Source: Clostridia bacterium
GTDB taxonomy: Bacteria; Bacillota; Clostridia; TANB77; CAG-508
Length of the DNA stretch: 61,749 nucleotides
Reading direction: 5' to 3'
NCBI GenBank assembly: GCA_022791325.1
Contig: JAAVYV010000029.1
Location: 1-61,749, forward strand
The first letter of the stretch is position 1. The number at the start of each line of letters is the position of its first letter. The translations under genes and the position numbers were made by a program. A model generated the notes under the pieces. That model was not told the DNA's origin and searched no databases. It worked only from the letters and a program-made list of their open reading frames with translations. This document shows, one piece after another, positions 10,820 through 20,902 of the stretch.

Positions 10820-11968
10820 ATGAAAAACAAAAATTGGACCAAATGGCTATTCTGGTTTTCACTAGCAATAGCAGTAGTAGTCGTATATAAAACATTAGAC
10901 AACTTAGGTCAAGTAGCACAAGGAATAAAATCATTTTTAGGAGTACTATCACCATTCTTAGTAGGAACACTAATAGCATACATACTATATGTACCATGTA
11001 GAAAAATAGAACAAATATACAGAAAAGTAAAAAGAGTAAAATTCATACAAAAAAAGGCAAGAACACTTAGTATAACCACAGTGTATATAATAGCATTAAT
11101 ATTAATAATTATATTAATAAACTTCATATTACCACCAGTAGTGCAAAGTGTAGTAGACTTAGTAAATAACTTTGGGTACTACTACAATATGGCAGTAGAA
11201 AAAATAAACTCACTTCCAGAAGACTCAATTTTTAAAAACGAAATGGTACAAAAAGCAATTGGAGAAATGCAAAACATAGATTTAAAGCAAATAATAAACA
11301 CAGAAGCAATCACAGGATATATACAAAGCGTCATCGGAATGCTTGGAGGAATATTTGACATATTTGTATCAATAATAGTATCAATATATATACTAAGTAG
11401 TAGAAAACAAATAATTAATTTCCTAAAAAGACTATTAGGAGCGATAGTAGAGGGAAAAACATATGAAAACATTAACAAATATTTCAATAGAACAAACGAA
11501 ATATTCTTCAAATTTCTAGCAAGCCAAATATTAGATGCAATAATAGTAGGAATACTAACATCAATTGCAATGTCGATATTAAACGTAAAATATGCAGTAC
11601 TACTTGGTTTCATGATAGGTTTAGCAAATATAATACCATACTTTGGAGCAATAATAGCAATAGTAATAGCAACAATTATAACATTCTTCACAGGAGGATT
11701 ATCACAAGCAATATGGATGGTAATAGTAGTAACAATACTTCAACAGATAGATGCAAATGTAATAAATCCAAAAATAGTAGGCGACTCTTTAAAAATAAGT
11801 CCACTACTAGTAATATTTGCAGTAACATTAGGAGGAGCATACTTTGGAGTTATAGGTATGTTCTTAGCAGTACCAGTAGTAGCAGTGTTAAAGCTAATAA
11901 TAGATGATTTTATAGAATGGAAGAACATAAAGAATAACGAAAAAATAAAGTTAGGAAAAACAGAATAA
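10820..11968 (+). CDS. AI-2E family transporter
   Basis: Multi-TM protein; NIIPYFG, QQIDANVINPKIVG, GVIGMFLAVP. Confidence 0.9.
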   Translation: MKNKNWTKWLFWFSLAIAVVVVYKTLDNLGQVAQGIKSFLGVLSPFLVGTLIAYILYVPCRKIEQIYRKVKRVKFIQKKARTLSITTVYIIALILIIILINFILPPVVQSVVDLVNNFGYYYNMAVEKINSLPEDSIFKNEMVQKAIGEMQNIDLKQIINTEAITGYIQSVIGMLGGIFDIFVSIIVSIYILSSRKQIINFLKRLLGAIVEGKTYENINKYFNRTNEIFFKFLASQILDAIIVGILTSIAMSILNVKYAVLLGFMIGLANIIPYFGAIIAIVIATIITFFTGGLSQAIWMVIVVTILQQIDANVINPKIVGDSLKISPLLVIFAVTLGGAYFGVIGMFLAVPVVAVLKLIIDDFIEWKNIKNNEKIKLGKTE

Positions 11969-11984
11969 ATTATAAAAAGTATTT

Positions 11985-12190
11985 ACCCCAAAAGGACCAG
12001 GTTATTTTGGGGTATTTTTTTATTCTTGTTTTTTATAGTATAGGAAAAATAGATTTAAAAAAATACATTTCATGTTGTAGGGGTCGTCGCCTTCGGCGGC
12101 TCATGTGGCGAAGCCACTTTTGTTTTGAATAATGAAAAAACTAAGTTATACCCCAAAAGAACCTGGTCCTTTTGGGGTATTTTGGGGATA
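11985..12190. repeat. inverted CCCCAAAAGGACCAGGTT arms enclosing a GTAG REP unit
   Basis: CCCAAAAGGACCAGGTTATTTTGGGG at 11987; AACCTGGTCCTTTTGGGG near 12160; GTAGGGGTCGTCGCCTTCGGCGGC at 12077. Confidence 0.7.
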
Positions 12191-12273
12191 TTAATAAAAA
12201 ATTAATAATCTATCTATTTTTTATTAAGAAATTTGTGTTATACTTATATAAGAAAAAGGGAGATGAAAATAAG

Positions 12274-12978
12274 ATGTACAACATTTTAGTATGTGACGAT
12301 GATAAAGAAATAGTTAACGCAATTGAAATTTACTTAAACAAAGAAGGGTATAATATCTTAAAGGCATACAATGGAAAAGAAGCACTTAAAATTATTGAAA
12401 AAGAGGAAATCCATTTAATTATTTTAGATATAATGATGCCAGAAATGGATGGGATGGCAGTTGCAAATGAAGTAAGGAAAACAAAAAGTATTCCAATTAT
12501 TATGCTTTCTGCAAAATCAGAAGACTATGACAAAGTATCAGGTCTAAATAATGGAGCAGACGACTATGTTACAAAACCATTTAACCCAATAGAACTAATA
12601 GCAAGGGTAAACTCTCAAATAAGAAGATATACAATGTTAGGTTCAATTGCAAACAAACAAACACAGAGTGAAAATATATATAGAACAGGAGAACTTATAA
12701 TAAAAGATGACACAAAAGAAGTAACAGTAGAAGGAAAAGAAATAAAGCTTACTCCAACAGAATACAACATATTAAAATTCTTAACAAAAAACAAAGGAAA
12801 AGTATATTCAATAGAGCAAATTTATGAAAATGTATGGGAAGATGAAGCATATGGAGCAGATAACATCATAGCAGTACATATTAGGCACATAAGAGAAAAA
12901 ATAGAAATAAACCCAAAAGAACCAAAGTATTTAAAAGTTATTTGGGGAATCGGGTATAAAATAGAAAAAATAGATTAA
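12274..12978 (+). CDS. OmpR-family response regulator
   Basis: ILVCDDD, LDIMMP, GADDYVTKPF, winged helix ending VIWGIGYK. Confidence 0.95.
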   Translation: MYNILVCDDDKEIVNAIEIYLNKEGYNILKAYNGKEALKIIEKEEIHLIILDIMMPEMDGMAVANEVRKTKSIPIIMLSAKSEDYDKVSGLNNGADDYVTKPFNPIELIARVNSQIRRYTMLGSIANKQTQSENIYRTGELIIKDDTKEVTVEGKEIKLTPTEYNILKFLTKNKGKVYSIEQIYENVWEDEAYGADNIIAVHIRHIREKIEINPKEPKYLKVIWGIGYKIEKID

Positions 12979-12982
12979 AAAA

Positions 12983-13138
12983 ATGTAGGGGCGATTAGCA
13001 ATCAACTGTTCTTCGAAGAAATTACTATATTTTCTTATTAATTTTAGTAATTCGTTGTAGCCACGGGCGATTGACTAACGTATAACTTATCTGTAACTCA
13101 CTTCGTTCGAACAGCTAAGAAAATAATCGCCCCTACAT
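12983..13138. repeat. GTAG-type REPIN-like element
   Basis: GTAGGGGCGATTAGCAATC ... AACAGCTAAGAAAATAATCGCCCCTAC; 3' part shared with the dnaB-flanking copies. Confidence 0.85.
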
Positions 13139-13154
13139 TTAAATAAAATATGTT

Positions 13155-13199
13155 CCCAAAAGTGACAGATTTCCCAAAAGGAAACGTCCCCAATGGGAA
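13155..13199 (+). repeat. pre-RBS element copy
   Basis: Identical to 7054..7098. Confidence 0.85.
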
Positions 13200-13230
13200 A
13201 TAGGAAAAAAGGAGGAAATTAATAGAAAAA

Positions 13231-15249
13231 ATGGAAAAACTAAGAAACTCAGACACACTAAAGATAATATCATACATACTAATTCCATTCTTAGCATTAG
13301 CAATAATATTAGGAGTAATATACATAGAATATAATTCCTATAATAAAGAAGACCTATCAAGAGGAGACTATTATAAAACAAATAGCTTTGTATATAACGA
13401 ATACTATCCAAACTTGCAAAGAGTATTTAGAATATGTTCAAGTATAGAGGAAGGACTTAGAGAGCAAGGCGAATATTACAATTCATTTGTAGACAATTAT
13501 ATATTAGTACAAGAAACTCCAACTAAAATATATTACTCACAAACATATAGAGGATATTATATAGGTTTTAATTATATTATAATAGATGAAAATGGAACAA
13601 TATTTACAAATATACAAACAGAAAATTATAATTCTAAAATAGAAGAAATGAAAAATAGTCAATATTATTGGTATAAAGAAAATTCAAATATTAGTACAAA
13701 TTTCGAACAAATAAATGATAAAGGTTTAGCATATAATTATGGAATAGAAAATTTAAAAGATACGAAAAATAGTAAGTTTTCTATATACACATCATTTAAT
13801 AAAGAGCAATCAGCAACATTAGAATATAAAATAAATGTAGCAACATATAATTTTATTGCAAATGTAGGGAGTATGCCAATATATGCAATGTCATATTCAA
13901 TTTTAATACTATTTATAATAGGTATATATTTAATATGGTCGATAGGTCATAAAAATAATAAGGAAGAGATATATTTAAATAATTTTGACAAATTTTCATA
14001 TGAAATAATATGTATAACAGGTATTATTATATTAGCGACATTTTCACTAATAGGAAGAGAATGTCTTGCAAATGCCAATATATATACATTAGTAATATCA
14101 TTAATAGCCTATTTAATATGCTATATAACATGTGCAAGTATTGGAATAACAACAATAAAAAGAATAAAAGCAAGAAAATTTATAAAAACAACATTAATAT
14201 ATAAAATATTAAAATGGATAAAGCAAAAAATAGAAGAAATATCTAATTTAATATTATGGAATAAAGAAATTACCACAAAACTAATAATATATTATATAGC
14301 ATTCATAATAATATCATTAATACTAATAATATCAACAGCGGCAATATGGTTTTGCATAATTTTACTATTAATATTCTGGGGGGTAGCATTATATGCAATA
14401 CTAAATTATACAAAACAATTAAATACTATAAAAGAAATATTAAAAAATATATATGAAGGAAAAGAAAATATAAAAATAGACACTACAAACTTAGAAAAAA
14501 ATCTAAAAGAAATGGCAGAATATATAAATAGTTTATCAACAGGGCTTACAAAAGCAGTAGAAGAAAGCTTAAAAAGTGAAAGGATGAAAACAGAACTTAT
14601 AACAAATGTATCACATGATATAAAAACACCATTAACTTCAATAATAAACTATGTAGACTTACTAAAAAAAGAAGAAATGCCAAATGAAAAAGCAAAAGAA
14701 TATTTAGAAATACTAGACAAAAAATCGCAAAGACTAAAAAGATTAACAGAAGACCTAGTAGAAGCATCAAAAGCATCTTCAGGAAATATAAAACTAAATA
14801 TGGAAGACATTAATGTAAAAGAGCTAATAAAGCAAATATCAGGAGAATTTGAAGACAAATTAAATGAAAAAAAATTAGAACTAATACTAAACATGCCAAA
14901 CGAAGAAGTAAAAATAAAAGCAGATAGCAGGTACCTATACAGAGTAATAGAAAACATGTATTCAAACATATCGAAATATGCACTAGAAGGTTCAAGAGTA
15001 TATGTAGATGTAATAATAAACAAAGGCAAAGTAGAAATGCAATTAAAAAATATATCAAAAGCAAAGCTAAATATATCATCAGAAGAGCTAATGCAAAGGT
15101 TTGTAAGAGGAGAAGCCTCAAGAAACACCGAAGGAAGCGGATTAGGCCTATCAATAGCAGAAAGTTTAACAACATTGCAAAAAGGAAAATTTAATATCTA
15201 CTTAGATGGAGATCTATTCAAAGTAACAATAGAATTTGAGAGAATTTGA
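13231..15249 (+). CDS. sensor histidine kinase
   Basis: H-box NVSHDIKTPLTSI; N box ENMYSNISKY; G box GSGLGLSIA; multiple TM segments. Confidence 0.95.
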   Translation: MEKLRNSDTLKIISYILIPFLALAIILGVIYIEYNSYNKEDLSRGDYYKTNSFVYNEYYPNLQRVFRICSSIEEGLREQGEYYNSFVDNYILVQETPTKIYYSQTYRGYYIGFNYIIIDENGTIFTNIQTENYNSKIEEMKNSQYYWYKENSNISTNFEQINDKGLAYNYGIENLKDTKNSKFSIYTSFNKEQSATLEYKINVATYNFIANVGSMPIYAMSYSILILFIIGIYLIWSIGHKNNKEEIYLNNFDKFSYEIICITGIIILATFSLIGRECLANANIYTLVISLIAYLICYITCASIGITTIKRIKARKFIKTTLIYKILKWIKQKIEEISNLILWNKEITTKLIIYYIAFIIISLILIISTAAIWFCIILLLIFWGVALYAILNYTKQLNTIKEILKNIYEGKENIKIDTTNLEKNLKEMAEYINSLSTGLTKAVEESLKSERMKTELITNVSHDIKTPLTSIINYVDLLKKEEMPNEKAKEYLEILDKKSQRLKRLTEDLVEASKASSGNIKLNMEDINVKELIKQISGEFEDKLNEKKLELILNMPNEEVKIKADSRYLYRVIENMYSNISKYALEGSRVYVDVIINKGKVEMQLKNISKAKLNISSEELMQRFVRGEASRNTEGSGLGLSIAESLTTLQKGKFNIYLDGDLFKVTIEFERI

Positions 15250-15276
15250 AGAGCTAGGTAAGAATTTGGAAAAAAA

Positions 15277-15335
15277 TTGGGATGCGTCCAAGAATTTCTT
15301 TTAAAAAAGGAAATTTTGGAACACATCCCAATTCT
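15277..15335. repeat. GGGACGCGTCC-family hairpin
   Basis: TTGGGATGCGTCCAAGAATTTC...GAAATTTTGGAACACATCCCAA; related to 9499, 17265 and 43008-43122. Confidence 0.65.
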
Positions 15336-15493
15336 TTCCACTTAAGACATTATCATAAATTAATCATAATTTTTTAGGGTAAATATCAAAGGAACTTGAC
15401 TTTTTATGTAAAAAACAATATAATACGAGTACATTGCCAAAGGCAAGTATGAATAGTAACTCATAAATAATAATTTATTAAGGAGGAATTTAT

Positions 15494-16252
15494 ATGGTAT
15501 TAAATTTTTTTACAGTAGTAGTAATAATGTTAATAATTCTAGGACTTGTAACTGCTATTTTTGCTTCAGAGCAAAAGCGGTGTAATAAGTTCTGGTATAC
15601 AGGAACAGAGAAATACAAAAACACAATAGATAAGTTATCAGGTATAATGTATAAAATGTTAAAAATTGTAATAATAACATTTTTTATAATTAATATTCTT
15701 ATATTTATTTATGCAATTGTAACTAAAAATATCTTTTTTATAATTATAAGTGTATTATTTGTTATAACTATGATTTTTTATTTATTAATTGAATTTACAG
15801 ATAAATTTGAAACTATTACTGAGATAATTTTCTGTATATCAGGAGGACTCTATATAAGTATTATGATATTTTTCTTCTTATTCCAAGCTATTGCTATGCA
15901 GAATATTAGAACAGATGTAAGAAAGGTAGATACAATAAACATAATAGAACTTAAAGAAGTACCGTATACAAATGTATCAGGTACACGATACTATATTCGT
16001 TCAGAACCTTCATTAGCATATTATTATGATATTACAACAGACAATGGTGGAAGCATAACTAAAGTGATAGATGGATACAATAATTATGTTGAAAGACATG
16101 AAGATGATATTTACAAAGAAAACCCACACATTGATGTTTTTGAAGTAGTAAATAAATATACAACTGGTTATGGCAAAGAAGGTGAACAATTTATAAAATA
16201 TGAATATTATATTTATATACCAAAAGGTAGCACATATTTTGTAGATAAATAA
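15494..16252 (+). CDS. hypothetical membrane protein, accessory
   Basis: AGGAGG RBS; about four TM segments, then a soluble C-terminus. Confidence 0.7.
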   Translation: MVLNFFTVVVIMLIILGLVTAIFASEQKRCNKFWYTGTEKYKNTIDKLSGIMYKMLKIVIITFFIINILIFIYAIVTKNIFFIIISVLFVITMIFYLLIEFTDKFETITEIIFCISGGLYISIMIFFFLFQAIAMQNIRTDVRKVDTINIIELKEVPYTNVSGTRYYIRSEPSLAYYYDITTDNGGSITKVIDGYNNYVERHEDDIYKENPHIDVFEVVNKYTTGYGKEGEQFIKYEYYIYIPKGSTYFVDK

Positions 16253-16255
16253 TAG

Positions 16256-16296
16256 CACTAGCCCCTATTAGATTTTTCTAATAGGGGCTATGTTAT
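16256..16296. terminator. bidirectional terminator
   Basis: TAGCCCCTATTAG-attttt-CTAATAGGGGCTA between convergent genes. Confidence 0.8.
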
Positions 16297-16327
16297 TTAT
16301 ATCATAAAATAAACATATAAGGCTGTA

Positions 16328-17128
16328 TTACTTAACATAGCCTTTTGCCTTAAGCCAAGGAATGAAGTCCTTCAAGGAATTCAAGAATAAGTCAGCATTG
16401 GAGGTCGAGTTTAAATCCTTAACACTCATAAAACCAGTGTTGTCAAACTTTCTACCGTCCAAATCGTCAAGATGGCTTAAATACTCAAAGTCACAAGTTT
16501 TACTTGTTCCGATAAACATGTAAAAAATGCCATGCTTTGAAGACTTAATAATAGCTTTGTCACTAGGAGCACAATCACTATCATAGTTGTCTCCATCGGT
16601 AATAAAAAATACCAGTGTTGGAGTAGTTTTACTTTCGTCATCATTGTAGAACTCATCTGTCATCTGGATGGCAGGTGCATACCGAGTACCACCATAATTG
16701 TAGTGACCTTTCTTTATTACATCATCTACATATGAGGAGTAATTCTCCTCAGTCATATCTACATCCATTTTTATGCAGACATTATCAAAAAGATATACTT
16801 CTAATTGTCCGTTGTCATCAAACTGTAATGCAAATGGAAGTAACCTTGTAAGAATATTCTGCACATTTCCATTGTCATACTGCCAATCCATAGAACCAGA
16901 ATGATCCATAACAATAGCTACTCGCATCTTCAGCTTATCAAAGTTAATTCCTTTTTCCTTTGATAAGTTTACAACTACCCGCTGCAGATCCTCCTTGCTC
17001 TCACACAGAATAATTTTCTGTTTCTCATTAGTGCTGCTTGAAGCTGTACTTGAATTTGTTCCCTGTGCTCCCTGTGTTACCTGTGAAGTGCCTTTGTTCT
17101 TCTTTCCCAAAAAATCAAAAAGTGCCAT
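16328..17128 (-). CDS. vWA-domain protein (TerF/stress-response type)
   Basis: MIDAS DHSGSM, GGTRYAP, FFITDGDN. Confidence 0.8.
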   Translation of the reverse strand: MALFDFLGKKNKGTSQVTQGAQGTNSSTASSSTNEKQKIILCESKEDLQRVVVNLSKEKGINFDKLKMRVAIVMDHSGSMDWQYDNGNVQNILTRLLPFALQFDDNGQLEVYLFDNVCIKMDVDMTEENYSSYVDDVIKKGHYNYGGTRYAPAIQMTDEFYNDDESKTTPTLVFFITDGDNYDSDCAPSDKAIIKSSKHGIFYMFIGTSKTCDFEYLSHLDDLDGRKFDNTGFMSVKDLNSTSNADLFLNSLKDFIPWLKAKGYVK

Positions 17129-17343
17129 AAATTGTTCCTCCTGTTTTTAATAAATTGATTGGTTGACTTGTAACATATATTAATAATAACATATAAAAGT
17201 ATAACATAAAAAATAAATTATGTAAATACTATTTCGAAAAGTTTTTGTAAAGATTTTGTAAAGATTTGGGACGGTTCCAAATCTTTACCCTTTGACATTT
17301 ATGATTTTATATAGTAGAATATCTTCTAAAGGAGAAATGAAAT

Positions 17344-17835
17344 ATGTTTAAGAAATATTTAGTAACATTTTTAGTGTCTATGGTACCACTAATTGAATTA
17401 AGAGGGGCAGTTCCAATAGGCTTAAGTAATTTGTTTGGAGAGGCTATTCCAATAATTCCATTATATATTATTTGTATTTTAGGAAATATGCTTCCAGTAC
17501 CAATTATATTTTTCTTTGCAAGAAAAGTTTTAGAATGGGGTAAAGATAAGAAAATAATAGGAAAGTTTTTCACATTTTGTTTAGAAAAAGGGGAAAAAGG
17601 TGGAAAAAAATTACAAGAAAAAGCAGGCAAAGGGCTATATGTAGCATTATTCCTTTTTGTAGGAATTCCACTTCCAGGAACAGGAGCGTGGACAGGAACA
17701 CTAGCGGCAAGCTTTTTAGATATGGACTTTAAAAAAAGCACTATAGCAATTATGGCAGGGGTTGTTTTGGCAGGTATAATAATGGGGCTTGCATCTGCAG
17801 GAGTATTTAGTGCAATTGGAGCAATTTTTGCTTAA
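17344..17835 (+). CDS. small multi-drug export family protein
   Basis: SMVPLIELRGAVP, FVGIPLPGTGAWTG. Confidence 0.85.
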   Translation: MFKKYLVTFLVSMVPLIELRGAVPIGLSNLFGEAIPIIPLYIICILGNMLPVPIIFFFARKVLEWGKDKKIIGKFFTFCLEKGEKGGKKLQEKAGKGLYVALFLFVGIPLPGTGAWTGTLAASFLDMDFKKSTIAIMAGVVLAGIIMGLASAGVFSAIGAIFA

Positions 17836-18117
17836 AAATTAAACATGTAGAAAACTTTATTCCCTAGGACTTTGTCGGAAAAGTGCATTTTCTGTAAAAA
17901 AAATATAATATAACTATAATATTTGTAAATTTTAAATAAAAAAGCGTACTCCCGTATGAAAAGAGGAAATGAAAAAAAATAAAGTAGAAAAAAATCAAAA
18001 ATTAGGTATTGATTTTCAAAATGAAATATTTTATAGTAGTGGTAGAACAATTTTCTTGTGCAGATAATAAAAATTATTTTGCGTGAGAATCAAATATAAA
18101 GAAAGGAGAAAGGCAAA

Positions 18118-19044
18118 ATGAATAAAACAAGTAAATTAGTACTAGTAGTTTTATTAACACTATCTATGCTATTAGCAAGTATTGCAAATGTTAAAGCAGT
18201 TGAGGATGAGGAGGACTATAGTGGAGAATTCAGTCTTACTACAGAAAATGTAAATGTAAAAGTAGGAGATGAAGTTTCAGTAAAAATAAACATTACTAAT
18301 ATAAAAGGCTTTAAAGGAATTGCAACTTTTGTAGCACATAAAGTTTATGATGAATCAATATTTGAATATAAAGGTATTGAACCTGCAAATGGTTGGCAAT
18401 TAAAAGCAGATAACGTTAATATGATTTTAAATAGTTCTGAAAATCATGCATCAGGAACTATTGCTGTAATGAAATTTAAAGCAATAAAAGAAATTGGCAA
18501 TACAACTATAAAATTAGACAGTATTGATGCTGGCGGAGAAGACTTTGATGGTGAGCCAGCAGGTATATGCTACAAAGATAATAATGTTAATGAACCATCT
18601 GTAAAATTTACAGTAACAGCAAATGGTGGAGAAAATAATCCAGGAGGAGATAACAACCCAGGCGGAGACAACAACCCAGGAGGAGACAACAACCCAGGCG
18701 GAGACAACAACCCAGGAGGAGACAACAACCCAGGTGGAGATAACAATCCAGGAGGAGATAACAATCCAGGAGGAGATAACAACCAAGGCGGAAATAACAA
18801 TCCAGGTGGAGATAACAATCAAGGCGGAAATAATGGTGGAAACAATGGTGGAAACAATAATGGAAGCCAAAAACCAGGTTCAGGTTCTAGTACTACAAAC
18901 AAAAATGACAAAACAACTGCAAAAGGAAATGGAATTCCTCAAACAGGAGAACCTTACATGATGTTTGCTTTATTAGGTATTACAATATTAGTAGCAGGTG
19001 TTTTATTTGCAAAATATAAAATGTTTGCTAATAAAATGAAATAG
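18118..19044 (+). CDS. cell-wall-anchored cohesin-like domain protein with GGDNNP repeats
   Basis: Signal peptide, beta-sandwich N-domain (VKVGDEVSVKINI), repeats, IPQTG sortase motif, TM and basic tail. Confidence 0.75.
   Translation: MNKTSKLVLVVLLTLSMLLASIANVKAVEDEEDYSGEFSLTTENVNVKVGDEVSVKINITNIKGFKGIATFVAHKVYDESIFEYKGIEPANGWQLKADNVNMILNSSENHASGTIAVMKFKAIKEIGNTTIKLDSIDAGGEDFDGEPAGICYKDNNVNEPSVKFTVTANGGENNPGGDNNPGGDNNPGGDNNPGGDNNPGGDNNPGGDNNPGGDNNPGGDNNQGGNNNPGGDNNQGGNNGGNNGGNNNGSQKPGSGSSTTNKNDKTTAKGNGIPQTGEPYMMFALLGITILVAGVLFAKYKMFANKMK
18625..18822 (+). repeat. coding 18-bp tandem repeat, 11 units (GGDNNP)
   Basis: GGNGGAGAYAACAAYCCA units with synonymous variation. Confidence 0.95.
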
Positions 19045-19052
19045 ATAATTAT

Positions 19053-19090
19053 AAAATAATCATTACTTGATTTGTAATGATTATTTTTTT
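19053..19090 (+). terminator. rho-independent terminator
   Basis: AAAATAATCATTAC-ttgattt-GTAATGATTATTTTTT. Confidence 0.75.
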
Positions 19091-19179
19091 TGCTAATATA
19101 ATTTACAAATGATAAGTTTAGATATATAATATACTTGCAAAATTGAAATTAAAAATATAAAAGAATATTGGAGGTATTT

Positions 19180-20655
19180 ATGAAATTAAAAGAGATATTA
19201 GTAGGCTTAGAGGGGTTAAAAGTTAGAGGAGACTTAGAAATAGATATAACAGGTTTAGATAAAGATTCAAGAAATATAAAAGAAAATAGTTTATTTATAG
19301 CAATAAAAGGTTTTAGCGAAGATGGACATGAATATATAGAAAAGGCAGTAGAACAAGGGGCAACAGCAATTATGATTGAAGAAGGAGCAAGCTTAGAAAC
19401 TGTTAAAAAGTTGCCAAAAGAAATAACAGTAATTGTAGCAAAAGATACAAGATATGCATTAGCAATATGTTCATGTAATTTTTATGGGAATCCATCAAGA
19501 AAATTTAAACTAATAGGGATAACAGGAACGAAAGGGAAAACAACAACATCATTTATGACCAAAGCTATTCTAGAAAAAGCAGGAAAAAAAGTAGGTTTAA
19601 TTGGAACAATAGCCACATATATAGGAAACGAGAAATTAGAAGATAGTGACAGAACAACACCAGAAAGTAATAAATTACAAGAAATATTTGCAAAAATGGT
19701 AGAAGCAGGTTGTGATGCAGTTGTAATGGAAGTTTCTTCACAAAGTTTAAAATTACATAGAGTAGCAGGATGTGACTTTGATATAGGAATATTCACAAAC
19801 TTTTCAAAAGATCATATAAGCCAAAATGAACACCCAGACATGGAAGATTACTTTAATTCAAAATTAGAATTATTTAAAATGTGCAAAACAGCATATATAA
19901 ATGCAGATGATTACCATGTAGCAAAGCTTACAAAACTAATGCCAGAATGTAATATAACAACATATGGTATAGATAACTTCTGCAATGTTCTTGCAAAAGA
20001 TATAACAATAACAAATTCATATGTAGACTTTAAAGTTAAACTAGGAATGAAAAATGAAAGAATAAAAACAGGTATACCAGGAAGATTTAGTGTATATAAC
20101 TCTTTAGCAGCAATATGTGTAGGAGAAAAATTAGGAGCAAGTGTAGATCAAATAAAAGAAGCGCTAGAAAATGTAAGAGTACCAGGAAGAAGTGAACTTG
20201 TAAATAACAAAAAAGAATTAACAATAATGATAGATTATGCTCATTCACCAGAAAGTTTAGAAAATATACTAAATGCAGTAAAAAGCTATACAAGAGGAAG
20301 AGTAATAAGTGTATTTGGTTGTGGAGGAGATAGAGATACTTCTAAAAGGCCTATGATGGGAGAAATATCAGGAAGAATAGCAGATTTTACAATAATAACA
20401 TCAGATAACCCAAGAACAGAAGAACCACAAAAAATAGTAGATCAAATAGAAGAAGGCATAAAGAAAACAAAAGGAAAATATACTGTAATAGTAGATAGGA
20501 TAGAAGCGATAAAAGAAGCAATAAAAATGGCAGATAAAAAAGATATTATTCTTTTAGCAGGAAAGGGACATGAGCCATATCAAGAAATAAATGGAGTAAA
20601 GCACCCATTTGACGAAAGAATTATAGTAAATGATATTATAGAAAATAAAATATAA
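19180..20655 (+). CDS. murE: UDP-MurNAc-tripeptide synthetase (mDAP-type)
   Basis: GITGTKGKTTT, MEVSS, DYAHSP, FGCGGDRD, DNPR, LAGKGHE. Confidence 0.96.
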   Translation: MKLKEILVGLEGLKVRGDLEIDITGLDKDSRNIKENSLFIAIKGFSEDGHEYIEKAVEQGATAIMIEEGASLETVKKLPKEITVIVAKDTRYALAICSCNFYGNPSRKFKLIGITGTKGKTTTSFMTKAILEKAGKKVGLIGTIATYIGNEKLEDSDRTTPESNKLQEIFAKMVEAGCDAVVMEVSSQSLKLHRVAGCDFDIGIFTNFSKDHISQNEHPDMEDYFNSKLELFKMCKTAYINADDYHVAKLTKLMPECNITTYGIDNFCNVLAKDITITNSYVDFKVKLGMKNERIKTGIPGRFSVYNSLAAICVGEKLGASVDQIKEALENVRVPGRSELVNNKKELTIMIDYAHSPESLENILNAVKSYTRGRVISVFGCGGDRDTSKRPMMGEISGRIADFTIITSDNPRTEEPQKIVDQIEEGIKKTKGKYTVIVDRIEAIKEAIKMADKKDIILLAGKGHEPYQEINGVKHPFDERIIVNDIIENKI

Positions 20656-20663
20656 ACAGAAAT

Positions 20664-20890
20664 TGGAAGTTGGAAGTTAGAAGTTGGAAGTTGGAAGTTA
20701 AGTAAATTCTTCGAAGAATTACTCTAAATCTAATCAATAACCTCTAACAGCTACCTCCAAACAGTAAAGAACATAAGAGGAAGTTGGAAGTTGTAAAATA
20801 GAAGTTAGAAGTTGAAAATAGGGGAAATCCTCGAAGAAATTACCTAAAAGTCCAACTTTTAACCTCTAAAAACAACCTCTAACCTCCAAC
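20664..20890. repeat. two tandem heptamer-arm elements (GGAAGTT)n-core-(AACCTCY)n
   Basis: Core TTCTTCGAAGAA(A)TTAC at 20707, a variant near 20826; arms are mutually inverted heptamer arrays. Confidence 0.85.
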
Positions 20891-20902
20891 AGGAGGTTAA
20901 AA

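Noticed and set aside
18625-18822. AAC-rich repeat as a DGR template or CRISPR
   Set aside because: It is an in-frame peptide repeat with no similarity to either pilin C-terminus.
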